A stretch of 64,000 bases of DNA. Origin: Candidatus Hydrogenedentota bacterium (GTDB lineage: Bacteria > Hydrogenedentota > Hydrogenedentia > Hydrogenedentales > JAEUWI01). The first letter of the stretch is position 1, and each line of letters begins with the position of its first letter. The notes under the pieces were generated by a model. It had not been told where the DNA came from. It saw only the letters and a program-made list of their open reading frames with translations, and made no database searches. Location: the NCBI GenBank assembly GCA_034669905.1, contig JAXMOL010000008.1:96001-160000 (forward strand), given 5' to 3'. The position numbers were made by a program, and so were the translations under genes. Below, one piece after another: positions 47,559 through 58,130 of this stretch.

Positions 47559-49073
47559 ATGACGGATGTGCGTTCTGCTGCGCCGCTGCTTCAAGTGACC
47601 CAACTCAGTAAGCAATTCCCCGGCGTGCGCGCCCTGGATGGTGTCGGTCTTTCCCTGTACCCCGGTGAGGTGCTGGCCGTCATCGGCGAGAACGGCGCGG
47701 GTAAGAGCACGCTGATGAAAATACTGGCGGGAATTCAGCCCCCCGACGCGGGGGAAATTCGGCTCGATGGTGAGGTGGTTTCTATCGATTCCATCCAGGC
47801 GGCGAGCAGGCTGGGCATCTCGCTTATCCACCAGGAACTCAACCTGGCCGACAACCTGGACATTGGCTCCAACATTTTTCTTGGACGGGAGCCCCATCGC
47901 TGGGGCGTGGTAGACCGTCGGGCGGTGGACCAGGCATCCAAGGAATTGCTGGAGGAGGTGGGTCTTGATTATTCCCCCCGGACGCTGGTGCGCAACCTCT
48001 CTGTGGGGCAACAGCAGATGGTGGAAATCGCCAAGGCCCTTTCGGTTCAGAGTCGCGTTCTCATCATGGATGAACCCACCTCCAGCCTGTCCCAGCGCGA
48101 GACGGACAATCTCTATCGCGTGATTCATTCCCTTCGCGACGCCGGGGTCAGCATCATCTACATCTCCCACCGCCTCGGCGAAGTGACCGATCTGGCCGAC
48201 CGGGTGGTGGTCCTCCGCGACGGACACAACGCGGGTGACCTGGCAAAATCAGAAATCAATCATGACAACATGGTCAAACTCATGGTGGGCCGTGATTTCT
48301 CGGAGGTCCGCGCCTACACGCCCCGCCCCCTGGGCGAAGAGGTCTTACGCGTAAATGGTCTGGTGACCGCCATGCACCCCAAACACCCCATCTCCTTCCA
48401 AGTACGCGCCGGCGAAATCGTGGGTATCGGCGGCTTGGTGGGTGCCGGACGCACGGAACTGCTCCAGGCCCTCTTTGGCGTCGTGCCCCCCCTGGCCGGC
48501 ACGATATCCGTGGCCCAGGAAGAGACCCAGATCACCTGCCCCATCGATGCCATCGAAGCGGGCATCGCCCTCGTCCCGGAGGATCGCAAGCAACACGGCC
48601 TGATCCTGGAGATGGCCGTGCGCGAGAATTGCAGCCTCGCCAGTGTAAAGCGAGACCAGAACCGGGGGCTGTTGAACCGGGAAGAAGAACGGTGTATCTG
48701 CCGGGAGATGGTCGAAAAACTCCGTATCAAGACCCCTTCGGACCAGCAGATCGCCCAGGTTCTCTCGGGTGGTAATCAACAGAAGGTGGTCTTGGGGAAA
48801 TGGCTGGCCATGAAACCCCGCATCCTGTTGCTCGACGAGCCCACGCGCGGTATCGATGTGGGGGCCAAACGCGAAATCTATCAGCTCATGGAAGAACTGG
48901 CCGAATCTGGCGTGGCCATTATCTTCGTATCCAGTGAAATGGAAGAGATTCTGCACCTGCCAGACCGGGCACTTATCTTTCACGAAGGGGCCCTGACGGG
49001 CGAACTTTCCCACGAGGACCTCACGGAAGAGGCGGTGATGCATCTGGCGACGGGTTCCGTAGTGGCTGCCTAG
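47559..49073 (+). CDS. Sugar ABC transporter ATP-binding protein (RbsA-like, two ABC domains)
   Basis: GENGAGKST, MDEPTSSL, LSGGNQQK and DEPTRGIDVGAK. Confidence 0.93.
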   Translation: MTDVRSAAPLLQVTQLSKQFPGVRALDGVGLSLYPGEVLAVIGENGAGKSTLMKILAGIQPPDAGEIRLDGEVVSIDSIQAASRLGISLIHQELNLADNLDIGSNIFLGREPHRWGVVDRRAVDQASKELLEEVGLDYSPRTLVRNLSVGQQQMVEIAKALSVQSRVLIMDEPTSSLSQRETDNLYRVIHSLRDAGVSIIYISHRLGEVTDLADRVVVLRDGHNAGDLAKSEINHDNMVKLMVGRDFSEVRAYTPRPLGEEVLRVNGLVTAMHPKHPISFQVRAGEIVGIGGLVGAGRTELLQALFGVVPPLAGTISVAQEETQITCPIDAIEAGIALVPEDRKQHGLILEMAVRENCSLASVKRDQNRGLLNREEERCICREMVEKLRIKTPSDQQIAQVLSGGNQQKVVLGKWLAMKPRILLLDEPTRGIDVGAKREIYQLMEELAESGVAIIFVSSEMEEILHLPDRALIFHEGALTGELSHEDLTEEAVMHLATGSVVAA

Positions 49074-49137
49074 AGGGCCATACGTGGATAGGTACATTCT
49101 ACGAGACATTAATTTATAAAGGAGTACGCAGAGGCGT

Positions 49138-50103
49138 ATGAAAAAAATACTGGGTATTTTCGGGTTACTGGTGGTGGTATTTGTCTTTACCGCGATGAAC
49201 AGTGACAACTTCCTCTCCGCCTACAACATGCAGAACACCTTCCGCTGGATTGGCCTTTTCGGCGTCATTGGCGTTGGGGTGGCCATGGTCATCATCACCG
49301 GGGGTATCGACCTGTCCATCGGCTCGGTCATTGGGCTGGTCGGGTCCTTGCTGGCCCTCTTCCTCGCCAAAGGCTACTCCCCCTGGGTCATGGTTCCCGC
49401 CTTACTCGCAGGCTCCGCGGCCATTGGCTTGTTTCATGGCTTGCTCATCACCAAGGTGCGGTTACAACCCTTCGTCGTGACCTTGTGCAGTCTGCTCTTT
49501 CTTCGGGGTATCGGACGCTACGCCACGGCCGACCAGAGTGTGGGCTTCGGGCAGGGCTATGAAACCCTGGGCATCCTCGCCCACGGCAGTATTCCCCTCG
49601 GCGGCTTTTCGCTGCCCGTGCCTTTTATCTCCATGCTGATTGTCGCGCTCATCGCCGGCTTCCTGCTGCAGTTCACCATCTATGGACGTTATCTCTTCGC
49701 CCTCGGGCGCAATGAAGAGGCAGCCCGCTACAGCGGTATCAATACCGACCGCGTCACCATCGGTGCCTATGTGTTCTGCTCCCTTTGTGCAGGCTTCAGC
49801 GGCATTGTGTTCGCCCTCGATCTCAACACCGTCCAACCTGCCGGCATGGGGGAATTTTACGAACTCTATGCCATTGCCGCCGCCGTGTTGGGGGGGTGCA
49901 GCCTCCGGGGCGGCGAAGGCTCCATCATCGGAGTCGTCATTGGTACGGCCGTTATTATCGTGTTGAAAAACGCCATCAATATCCTCAACCTGCCCTCCCA
50001 GCTTGAGTTTGCCATCATTGGCGCCGTGTTGTTGGCGGGTGTTATTGTAGATGAACTGGTCAAACGGATGGTGGCCCGTAAACGTGCGGAAGTCGCGGGA
50101 TAG
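49138..50103 (+). CDS. Sugar ABC transporter permease (RbsC-like)
   Basis: IITGGIDLSIGS, GRNEEAARYSGI and YELYAIAAAVLGGCSLRGGEG. Confidence 0.92.
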   Translation: MKKILGIFGLLVVVFVFTAMNSDNFLSAYNMQNTFRWIGLFGVIGVGVAMVIITGGIDLSIGSVIGLVGSLLALFLAKGYSPWVMVPALLAGSAAIGLFHGLLITKVRLQPFVVTLCSLLFLRGIGRYATADQSVGFGQGYETLGILAHGSIPLGGFSLPVPFISMLIVALIAGFLLQFTIYGRYLFALGRNEEAARYSGINTDRVTIGAYVFCSLCAGFSGIVFALDLNTVQPAGMGEFYELYAIAAAVLGGCSLRGGEGSIIGVVIGTAVIIVLKNAINILNLPSQLEFAIIGAVLLAGVIVDELVKRMVARKRAEVAG

Positions 50104-50179
50104 GTCTATCGCCTTATCTCGCCTTTAACGGAGACCACGACAATAACCAGGAAATCACGTACCCGACGCATTGACCTCA

Positions 50180-50294
50180 GGGTGGCACGGACCAGGGGCG
50201 TCAGTCCTTGACCGTGAAATGCTCGGTGTGGGCACTCACCATGGCTGTGTCCCGCGGTCACGGTCAAGCCCTACCGGGCCTGACGGAGGCACCC
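50180..50294. repeat. REPIN-like inverted doublet (GGGTG[G/C]CAC family), intergenic
   Basis: GGGTGGCACGGACCAGG...CCTTGACCGTG...CACGGTCAAG...GGAGGCACCC; homologous to 15169-15294. Confidence 0.7.
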
Positions 50295-50360
50295 CGGGTC
50301 GTTTTTGAGATTCCGATCCAGACTATAGGTTAACTGAAATACGCAAGGGAGAAATTCACC

Positions 50361-51938
50361 ATGCAAGGAACTATCAACCGGCGCGCATTCCTCCGTCAGG
50401 CAGGTACGAGCGCACTGGCACTTACGGCACTCAGTCAGTTCCGTGCCGCAAGCCAGCCCACCAGGCAGCCCAACATCGTCTGGATCTATAGCGATGACCA
50501 TGCCCAGGCGGCGGTAAGTGCGTACGGCAGTCACCTGGCGGAAGTGGCGCCCACGCCCAACATTGACCGCATCGCCCAAAAGGGTATGCGCTTCAACAAC
50601 AGCTTCGTCACCAACTCCATTTGCGGCCCCTGCCGCGCCGTGGTCTTGACGGGGAAACACAGCCACCTCAATGGTTTCCGCCAGAATGGGGACAAGTTCA
50701 ATCCGAACCAGCAGACCTTCCCCAAGATTCTCCAACAGGGCAACTACCAGACCGCCGTCTTTGGCAAGTGGCACCTGGGCACCGACCCCGTGGGCTTCGA
50801 CGCGTGGGAAGTGCTCCCCGGTCAGGGCCATTACTACAACCCCGATTTCCTCACGCCCGACGGCCGCAAGCAGGTCCACGGCTATGTGTCGGATATTATC
50901 ACCGACAAAGCCCTCCACTGGCTTGAGTCGGAGCGGGACAAAGAGAAACCCTTTGTGCTTATGGTGCAGCACAAGGCACCCCACCGCGAATGGGAGCCGG
51001 GGCCCGACCACCTTCATACCTTCGATGACGTGGAGATTCCCGAGCCGGAAAACCTCTTCGACGACTACGCCAACCGGGGCTCGGCGGCCAAGTTGCAGGA
51101 CATGTCTATCGAGAAAACCATGGTGCTGGAGTCCGACCTGAAAGTCTGGCCTGAGAGTGCGCCCGAAGACCCCAAGCTGAAGGGCCGGTGGAAGCGCACG
51201 CTGGGGCGGATGGATGAAAAACAGCTCGCCAATTGGAATGCGGCCTATCGCCCGAAGAATGAAGCCTTTCTCAAGGCCAACCTGACGGGCAAAGACCTCG
51301 TCCGGTGGAAATACCAGCGTTACATGAAAGACTACCTGCGCTGTGTCCGCTCCGTGGACGACAACGTGGGCCGGGTCCTCGATTACCTGGAAGCCTCGGG
51401 GCTGGACAAGAACACCGTGGTCTTTTACTCCTCCGACCAGAGCTTCTATCTCGGGGAGCATGGCTGGTTCGACAAGCGCTTTATGTATGAAGAGTCGCTA
51501 CGCACCCCGCTGGTTGCCATGGGTCCGGGCATCATCCCGGAAGGCACCACCTGCGACGCCATGGTGCAGAACCTGGATATGGCCGAGACCTTCCTGGAAC
51601 TCACCGGCACGGCGGTGCCCGACGACATGCAAGGCCGCAGCCTCGTCCCCCTGATGAAAGGGGAGACGCCCGATTCGTGGCGTGACGCCATCTACTACCA
51701 TTACTACGAAGGCGAAGGAAAGGTCCACAACGTCTACGTACACTATGGGGTGCGCTCCGAGCGGTATAAGCTGATCTACTTCTACACCCTCGATGAGTGG
51801 GAGTTCTATGATCTGAAGACGGACCCCAGCGAGATGCGCAACGAAATCGCCAACCCGGAATACGCCGACGTTATCGAAAAACACCGTTCCGAGCTGGCCC
51901 GCTTGCGCAAGCATTACCAGGTGCCCGAGACGGCGTAG
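50361..51938 (+). CDS. Sulfatase (Cys-type), Tat-exported
   Basis: NRRAFLR Tat motif, [28 protein letters not shown] and [19 protein letters not shown]. Confidence 0.93.
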   Translation: MQGTINRRAFLRQAGTSALALTALSQFRAASQPTRQPNIVWIYSDDHAQAAVSAYGSHLAEVAPTPNIDRIAQKGMRFNNSFVTNSICGPCRAVVLTGKHSHLNGFRQNGDKFNPNQQTFPKILQQGNYQTAVFGKWHLGTDPVGFDAWEVLPGQGHYYNPDFLTPDGRKQVHGYVSDIITDKALHWLESERDKEKPFVLMVQHKAPHREWEPGPDHLHTFDDVEIPEPENLFDDYANRGSAAKLQDMSIEKTMVLESDLKVWPESAPEDPKLKGRWKRTLGRMDEKQLANWNAAYRPKNEAFLKANLTGKDLVRWKYQRYMKDYLRCVRSVDDNVGRVLDYLEASGLDKNTVVFYSSDQSFYLGEHGWFDKRFMYEESLRTPLVAMGPGIIPEGTTCDAMVQNLDMAETFLELTGTAVPDDMQGRSLVPLMKGETPDSWRDAIYYHYYEGEGKVHNVYVHYGVRSERYKLIYFYTLDEWEFYDLKTDPSEMRNEIANPEYADVIEKHRSELARLRKHYQVPETA

Positions 51939-52012
51939 GAAGCCCGAGACGTCCCACATGGGACTTGTTGCACGTGGAGGAATCAGCACGCCGTTCAAAC
52001 ATTCGCCTGTCC

Positions 52013-52045
52013 AGGCCCGAAGCCTTACGCGCTTCGGGCCTTTTT
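52013..52045 (+). terminator. Rho-independent terminator
   Basis: AGGCCCGAAGC...GCTTCGGGCCT followed by a T-run. Confidence 0.85.
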
Positions 52046-52175
52046 GCCTCCGTTCCAGGCACCAATCGGCCGCTTTCCTTTGAAATCAACGGAAGCCGGG
52101 AGGTACTCTGTAGCAAGAGGGCGGCACACTAACTCATCATTACAATTTCGGGCAACAGAAAACAGGTGGCTAATC

Positions 52176-53069
52176 ATGTCAGCAGATACCCCTTTTGTCG
52201 TCGTCGGTCTGGGTGAAGTGCTCTGGGACCTCCTCCCGGAGGGCAAACAACTTGGTGGTGCTCCCGCAAATTTCACCTTTCACGCCACGGAACTGGGCGC
52301 CCAGGGCCATGTGGTCAGCAGCGTCGGCCAGGACAGCCTGGGCCGGGAAATCCGCGAAGTCTTGCAGATCAACGGCCTGTCGGTGGAACACGTGGCAGAA
52401 GATCCCGCCCACCCCACGGGCACCGTTTCCGTCACCCTGAGCGATGGCGGCCAGCCAGACTACACCATTCATGAAGAGGTCGCCTGGGATTATATCCCCT
52501 TTCAGCCCGACGCGGAAAAGTTGGCGGCACGGGCCCATGCGGTCTGTTTTGGCACCCTGGCCTCCCGCAATCCCCACAGCCGGGAAAGTATCCGCCGTTT
52601 TCTGGATGCCACCATGCCCAGTTGTCTCCGGGTCCTGGACGTGAACTTACGCCAGAAGTATTTCGACGGGGATCTGATTCATGACCTGTTGGAGCGGGCG
52701 GATGTCTTGAAACTCAACGAAGATGAACTCCCCGTAATCACCGAGCTTCTCAATATCGATGGCTCGACCAAAGAGCGGATGGAGCAATTGATCGATCGCT
52801 ACACCCTCCAGTGTATTGCCCTGACGCGGGGCGCCCGGGGAAGCCTGCTGCTGACTCCCAGCATGCTGGACGTTCACCACGGCCTCCGGCTCGACCATAT
52901 CGCCGATACGGTAGGTGCGGGGGACTCCTACACCGCCATGCTCGTCATGGGCTTACTGCAGCGATGGAGCCTCGAAGAGATCAACGCACGGGCCAACCAA
53001 TTGGCGGGCTACGTCTGTGGGCAATCGGGTGGAATGGCCTCCCATCCGGACAACGCCCACTTCGTCTAG
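52176..53069 (+). CDS. PfkB-family carbohydrate kinase (fructokinase-like)
   Basis: GLGEVLWD, GGAPANF, DVNLR, KLNEDEL and DTVGAGDSY. Confidence 0.9.
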   Translation: MSADTPFVVVGLGEVLWDLLPEGKQLGGAPANFTFHATELGAQGHVVSSVGQDSLGREIREVLQINGLSVEHVAEDPAHPTGTVSVTLSDGGQPDYTIHEEVAWDYIPFQPDAEKLAARAHAVCFGTLASRNPHSRESIRRFLDATMPSCLRVLDVNLRQKYFDGDLIHDLLERADVLKLNEDELPVITELLNIDGSTKERMEQLIDRYTLQCIALTRGARGSLLLTPSMLDVHHGLRLDHIADTVGAGDSYTAMLVMGLLQRWSLEEINARANQLAGYVCGQSGGMASHPDNAHFV

Positions 53070-54481
53070 GGGCTTACCAGCTCCTCTTGAGCCGGCACTG
53101 GGCTGTCTGCAGCCTGGGCGGGTAGCTCCATGACAAACATGACCCACCCTTCCGGTGCATCGGCCAGCCAGAGCTTTCCCCCGTGGGCCCGCAAGATTTC
53201 TCGGGACAGGCTCAGCCCCAACCCTACGCCATCGACTTTCCGGGAGTGGGCCGGGTCGGCCCGATAGAAGCGGCGAAACACCTGGCCCCGCTCGGCCTCG
53301 GGTATGCCCTCGCTCGTATTGGCCACTGCCAGACGAATCGTATCCCCGGAACGAAATAGCTGGAAGCGAATCTTACCCTTCTCCACGTTGTATTTGATGG
53401 CATTGTTCACCAGATTCTGAATCGCCTGCTGCAGGAGCGCGCCGTCCGCTTCCACGCACAGACCCTGGCCAATTTCTTGCTCCAGCGTTAACTCGGGCGC
53501 CAGAATCTCCACATCTTCAATGATCTGTTCCACGAGCTCATCCAACTGCAACGGCGACTTGCTCACCCGCATTTTCCCGGCATCCGCGAGGGACAGGAGG
53601 AGGAGGCGCCGAATAATTACCTTCAGCCGTTGGACCTCTTCCAATAGGCGGCCGAGATTCTGCTGCAATGGGGAACCGACCGGGGCTTCCTGCAACGCCT
53701 GGTCCAACTGGCCCTGCAAAATCGCCAGCGGTGTCTTCAGCTCGTGGGCCGCATCGGCACTGAATCGGGTGGCGTGGTTGAAGCTCCGCTCCAGGCGTTC
53801 GAGCATTTCGTTGAACACCGTAATCAACTGGTCGAATTCGTCCCCGTTGCCCCGCAGTGGAAGACGTTGTTCCAGGGCCTGTGCCGTGATCCCCTCCGTC
53901 GCCTGAATGAGGGACTGGAGTGGACGTACGGCCCGCCAGGCCAGAAACCACCCACCACCGCCCACGCAGACAAGGGCCAGCACAACGCCAATGAGAAAGG
54001 CGTTGCGCAAGGCGTGTACCTGCGCCAGATAGGGCGCCATATTCGCCGCCACAATAAGGGTCCGGTCGGGACGGTGTTGAAGGGCCACCCGCCAGGACGA
54101 CGCGCCCGCATGGATCGTACGTGGAGGAGCAGAAGGACGCTCGGGGAAAGGCAGGGGAAGGCGTTCCGCCAGCCCCTCGGGCCAGGGAGCGCTCTGATAA
54201 ATCGTCTTGCCATCTCGGCCCAACACCACGAAGGCCATCTCACGAGACGGGTCCGCGACCGATAAACGTGCCAGGGCGTCGTCAAAGGCACGCCAGGTCC
54301 ATTCGTCAGGGGGCGTGGTCGCCTGTCCGCTCGCCAACGCGACCAATTCGCTATCCAGGCGGTGAATCCCGGTCAACTCGTGGAGCATGGTCCAGGTCCA
54401 CCCGCCGAATCCCAGAATAACCAAACCGGAAACCGCCACTGAAAGGACCAGTATACGGAGTCGGAAGGTCCGGAATTTCAT
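53066..54481 (-). CDS. Sensor histidine kinase (CusS/CzcS-like, HAMP-HisKA-HATPase)
   Basis: Two TM segments, FSADAAHELKTPL, NLVNNAIKY and FYRAD...GVGLGLSL. Confidence 0.9.
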   Translation of the reverse strand: MKFRTFRLRILVLSVAVSGLVILGFGGWTWTMLHELTGIHRLDSELVALASGQATTPPDEWTWRAFDDALARLSVADPSREMAFVVLGRDGKTIYQSAPWPEGLAERLPLPFPERPSAPPRTIHAGASSWRVALQHRPDRTLIVAANMAPYLAQVHALRNAFLIGVVLALVCVGGGGWFLAWRAVRPLQSLIQATEGITAQALEQRLPLRGNGDEFDQLITVFNEMLERLERSFNHATRFSADAAHELKTPLAILQGQLDQALQEAPVGSPLQQNLGRLLEEVQRLKVIIRRLLLLSLADAGKMRVSKSPLQLDELVEQIIEDVEILAPELTLEQEIGQGLCVEADGALLQQAIQNLVNNAIKYNVEKGKIRFQLFRSGDTIRLAVANTSEGIPEAERGQVFRRFYRADPAHSRKVDGVGLGLSLSREILRAHGGKLWLADAPEGWVMFVMELPAQAADSPVPAQEELVSP

Positions 54482-55158
54482 GCTTCGCCGTCCTTACGTA
54501 CCCGATAGCCCACGCCGCGGATGGTTTCAATTAACGGATTCTCTTTGTCGGGCGAAACTTTCTTGCGCAGGCGCTGAATGTGGACATCCACCAGGTTGGT
54601 GCTGGGGTCAAAATCGTAGCCCCACACATGCTCCAGCATCTGGGTTCGGGTATAGACCCGCCCTGGGTTCCGCATCATATATTCCAACAAACTGAACTCC
54701 CGCGCGGTGAGTTTTACGGGCGTCCCGCCCCGTTTGACCTCCCGGGTCAACACGTTAACGGTGAGGTCACCGGCCTGGAGCAGGCTCATTTGCTCGTCGG
54801 AGCTGCGCCGCATTACCGCATGCAGCCGGGCCGTCAACTCTTCCACATAGAAGGGCTTGGTCAGATAGTCATCGGCCCCGGTGTTGAGCCCTTCAATGCG
54901 CTCATCCAATTCGGAGCGGGCCGTCAGCAGGATAACCGGTGTCGTGTGCCCCTTCTTGCGGAATTGCTTGAGGATACTGAGTCCATCACGACCGGGCAAC
55001 ATGATATCCAGCACCACCGCGTCATAGGGCGTATCCATCATTCGCACCAGGGCCTCATCGCCGTGGTCACACAGTTCCACCAGAAAACCCTGCTCCGTCA
55101 GGCCCTTTTTCACGAAGTCCGCGATCTGTTTTTCGTCTTCTACCACAAGAATTTTCAT
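54478..55158 (-). CDS. OmpR-family response regulator (CusR/CzcR-like)
   Basis: ILVVEDE, DIMLPGRDG, GADDYLTKPF, NLVDVHIQRLRKK and IETIRGVGY. Confidence 0.93.
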   Translation of the reverse strand: MKILVVEDEKQIADFVKKGLTEQGFLVELCDHGDEALVRMMDTPYDAVVLDIMLPGRDGLSILKQFRKKGHTTPVILLTARSELDERIEGLNTGADDYLTKPFYVEELTARLHAVMRRSSDEQMSLLQAGDLTVNVLTREVKRGGTPVKLTAREFSLLEYMMRNPGRVYTRTQMLEHVWGYDFDPSTNLVDVHIQRLRKKVSPDKENPLIETIRGVGYRVRKDGEA

Positions 55159-55202
55159 GACCGAAGTATAGCATGAGGGCCGCCCACTCCGGCACCGTGG
55201 AA

Positions 55203-55220
55203 GATTACATTTCTGTCATC
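55203..55220. promoter_or_regulatory. CusR-box-like inverted repeat
   Basis: GATTACA-TTTC-TGTCATC, resembling the ATGACA-N4-TGTCAT core, in the divergent intergenic region. Confidence 0.6.
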
Positions 55221-55333
55221 AAGGGACATGTTTCGCCGTCATGTTGGCCCGCTACACTTTGGACATGAAAGACAGCACGGGCGCCGTGAAGCGGGTGCTT
55301 CACCAACTACCGCCCCTGTCGGAGGAACCTATC

Positions 55334-56062
55334 ATGAAAATTACGACTATCACCGAGCGAATCAATCACCATTCCAAGACCGCTGTTCTGGGGGGCACCC
55401 TGCTTGCCGCAACCACCCTGCTCTCCCTCACCGCCGATGCGCAGCAACCCAAACGGGCCCTCTTTGAACGGGCCGATCAGGGCGGCGAAAAAACCTGCCA
55501 GGCCGAACACAAACGGGACGGCGACCGGGAACACCGTCCGCCGCGCGGAGACTTCGAAGGTCGGGGACGGCACGATGGCCCTCCGCCCCGTGACGGATTT
55601 GGACCCCGGGGCGATCGCGAGGGTTATGGCCCCCCGCCGCAACGTGGCTTCGACGGTCCCAACGACCGCCCGGAACACCATGCCCGGGGTGGTGAACAGG
55701 GACATCGTCCGCCCCAGTTCCGTGGTGGACGGGGTGAAGGACCGGATCGTGGCTTCGATGGTCCCAGCGCGCGGGGACCGCGCGGTGGGGAAGGTCCTGG
55801 ACATCGCCCTGGCCCGCCCGCCTTTGAAGATATCGACGCCGATGGCAATGGCAGCATCAGTGCGGAAGAGTTCAGCGCCTTCCACGAACGTCGGCCGGAA
55901 CGTGGCCCCGAAGCAAATCGTGGACGTCGCGGCCCCCGTGGCCCGGAAGGGAATCGCGGACCTGAAGGAAGTCATGGTCCGCAAGGAAATCGTGGACCCG
56001 GAGGCCCGGAAGGCCCTGGACACCCTGAACAGGGCCCCGATGCCCCGCCCGTTGTTGAATAG
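55334..56062 (+). CDS. Secreted Gly/Arg/Pro-rich protein with one EF-hand and a short Gly-X-Y tract
   Basis: RBS GGAGG, signal peptide ending LTADA, EF-hand DIDADGNGSISAEEF and low-complexity repeats. Confidence 0.78.
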   Translation: MKITTITERINHHSKTAVLGGTLLAATTLLSLTADAQQPKRALFERADQGGEKTCQAEHKRDGDREHRPPRGDFEGRGRHDGPPPRDGFGPRGDREGYGPPPQRGFDGPNDRPEHHARGGEQGHRPPQFRGGRGEGPDRGFDGPSARGPRGGEGPGHRPGPPAFEDIDADGNGSISAEEFSAFHERRPERGPEANRGRRGPRGPEGNRGPEGSHGPQGNRGPGGPEGPGHPEQGPDAPPVVE

Positions 56063-56088
56063 TTTCTAGTCTTCCTCCCCCTCCCAAT

Positions 56089-56132
56089 GCGCCGGGGCGG
56101 TCCGAAAGGATCGTCTCGGCGCGCGTTATTTT
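56089..56132 (+). terminator. Stem-loop terminator with GAAA tetraloop
   Basis: GCGCCGGGGCGGTCC-GAAA-GGATCGTCTCGGCGC followed by TTATTTT. Confidence 0.7.
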
Positions 56133-56354
56133 GGGGGAGGAAAAGTTCGTTTCAAATCCGTCTCCAAACCGCCGTGGCACGGAAGCTACCTGTAGATCGC
56201 GGCAGTTTCAGCCACTTGCTTCACGAGTACTGAAAAGTCTTCCGCACTGCAGGCACATGCCACCGTCTACTCGAAAAGTTAGTTTCGACTGCGTCCACGA
56301 GCGTGCCCGTTACATCAAACATGGGCGTTATTGCGGGCAGGAAATCACGCTCCC

Positions 56355-57842
56355 TCAGGGAAAACGCCACGTCGCCGAATCGAGCAACTCGACGGCCTTA
56401 TTCAATACCGCATCGGTGCCATCCTTATAGATCGCGGCGGCGCTGGTGCGATCGAGGGTAAAGACGGGATCAGGCACGACGTTGCCAATCCCTTCTCCAT
56501 TGGAAATCCCTTGTATGGCCCCTGACTCATCGAGGGAGCGGCGGGCCGGGTACATGATTACGAAATTTCCCGGCAAGATGAGGTCCACGTTGGGCACCCC
56601 GGCGGACCCGCTTGTACCCGACACCCCGAACACGCGCACGTTTTCCCGTCCGGCGAGAAAACCCGCGAACGATTCGGCGGGCCCCATGGTGTACGAATCT
56701 ACCAGGAGCACAATGGGGCCTTCATAGACCGGTAATTCCGGCACGATATGGACGGTGTCTTCTGATTCCACCAGGTAGGTCAACAGCTCAGTGTCCCACT
56801 CTCCGGGGGTCTCAAAAAAGGTTTCTTCCGACACCAGGCAGGAGAGCATGTTGGGTACGAGCGTCGCGTCTCCCCCCTGGGTGCCACGCAGGTCAAGCAG
56901 CAGCCCGGTTGCTTCTTCTTTTACCGCCTGCCGTACCGCCGTCTTGAATTCCCGCACGGGGAAGGGCGTGGAAAGGGTGGGCGCAATGGCGGCCACGCGA
57001 ATATAGCGGTAGCTATCGTTTAACACCTGGGTCTTAATCGGACTGTCAAAGAGTTCCACCGGGGCCCACAGCGGGCGATTGAGTGCCAGGTGCTCGAAGC
57101 CGTCTACCTCCAACACAACCCGGGCGCTCCGCGTTTCCGTGTCACCGGGATTCATGAACGTGATGGTTTGAACGGCGCCCTCGGGTCCCCGGGGAAGCCA
57201 GGTCAGTTGCTGCCTGCGTCGCGATGCGGGTGTGGCCGACGGATTGTCTGCCCAGACTATTCTGGTGGCTGCCAGGGCCTCTTCGATGGGCTTATCATTC
57301 CAGGTAAAGATGGTGGCGCCCCAGGCAATACCTACCGTGTCCGCCGGACCTTCTTCCGCCAAGCCGACCGCAATCACACTGCCATCGTCTAACTGCGCCA
57401 GGGCCAGTCCCGCAGAACCCCCTTCGTCGCTGTCGCGCAGCAGTCCATTCGCATCAATAAGCACGTTGCCATCTGGAATCTTGTAGACATAGGCACGGAG
57501 CGCGCGGTACCACGCCCCCTTGTCTTTGGCCTCTTCCGCCGCCAAAACTTTCGGGGCCGTCTCGTCATAGAGGGCCTGCCAATTGATGCCCTTGTGCTCG
57601 CTGTAGGCATAGTCCCGCTGAAGGCGATCGTGGAGAATATCAAAGGCCCTGGTCCAGGGCCGACTCCGCAGATCGTTTTCAGCCCGAAGGACTGCCGGCA
57701 AGGGGATATCGGGCACGGGCACTTCCAGGCCGGTCACCGGAATCCGGGCCTTGGTGGTACAGCCCCCTGAAAACAAAGTAAGGGCCAGGGACAGGCCCAC
57801 CAGGGCACTGCCAAAAACGGGAAAGTTCTTGCGCTGAATCAT
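56355..57842 (-). CDS. S41-family peptidase-like lipoprotein (catalytic Ser apparently absent)
   Basis: Lipobox FSGGC, a PDZ-like region, LLLDLRGTQGG, GPIVLLVDSYTMGPAESF, FGVSGTSGS and GIGNVVPD. Confidence 0.75.
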   Translation of the reverse strand: MIQRKNFPVFGSALVGLSLALTLFSGGCTTKARIPVTGLEVPVPDIPLPAVLRAENDLRSRPWTRAFDILHDRLQRDYAYSEHKGINWQALYDETAPKVLAAEEAKDKGAWYRALRAYVYKIPDGNVLIDANGLLRDSDEGGSAGLALAQLDDGSVIAVGLAEEGPADTVGIAWGATIFTWNDKPIEEALAATRIVWADNPSATPASRRRQQLTWLPRGPEGAVQTITFMNPGDTETRSARVVLEVDGFEHLALNRPLWAPVELFDSPIKTQVLNDSYRYIRVAAIAPTLSTPFPVREFKTAVRQAVKEEATGLLLDLRGTQGGDATLVPNMLSCLVSEETFFETPGEWDTELLTYLVESEDTVHIVPELPVYEGPIVLLVDSYTMGPAESFAGFLAGRENVRVFGVSGTSGSAGVPNVDLILPGNFVIMYPARRSLDESGAIQGISNGEGIGNVVPDPVFTLDRTSAAAIYKDGTDAVLNKAVELLDSATWRFP

Positions 57843-58130
57843 ACAACCATCCTGAAAATAAAGCGTGATCGGGGGGAACCCCGTAACCAGTTGTGCGAAA
57901 CCACTTCAACCCAAGATAAAGCGGTCCAGAAGGATGCACCCGAATACTTTAGCACATTGTCGCAGAGGCACCCAAGGAATCCACGCGACGGAAAGTCACC
58001 CCGATGGCACCCCTGTCTTGTGAATTTGACTTTATATACAAAGGCTTTGACATACTCGCCGCGAATGGCCCTTCCGGGCCTGTCATGCGCTTCGAAATGA
58101 ATGTGAAAACGCCGCCAAAAAGGACTCACC

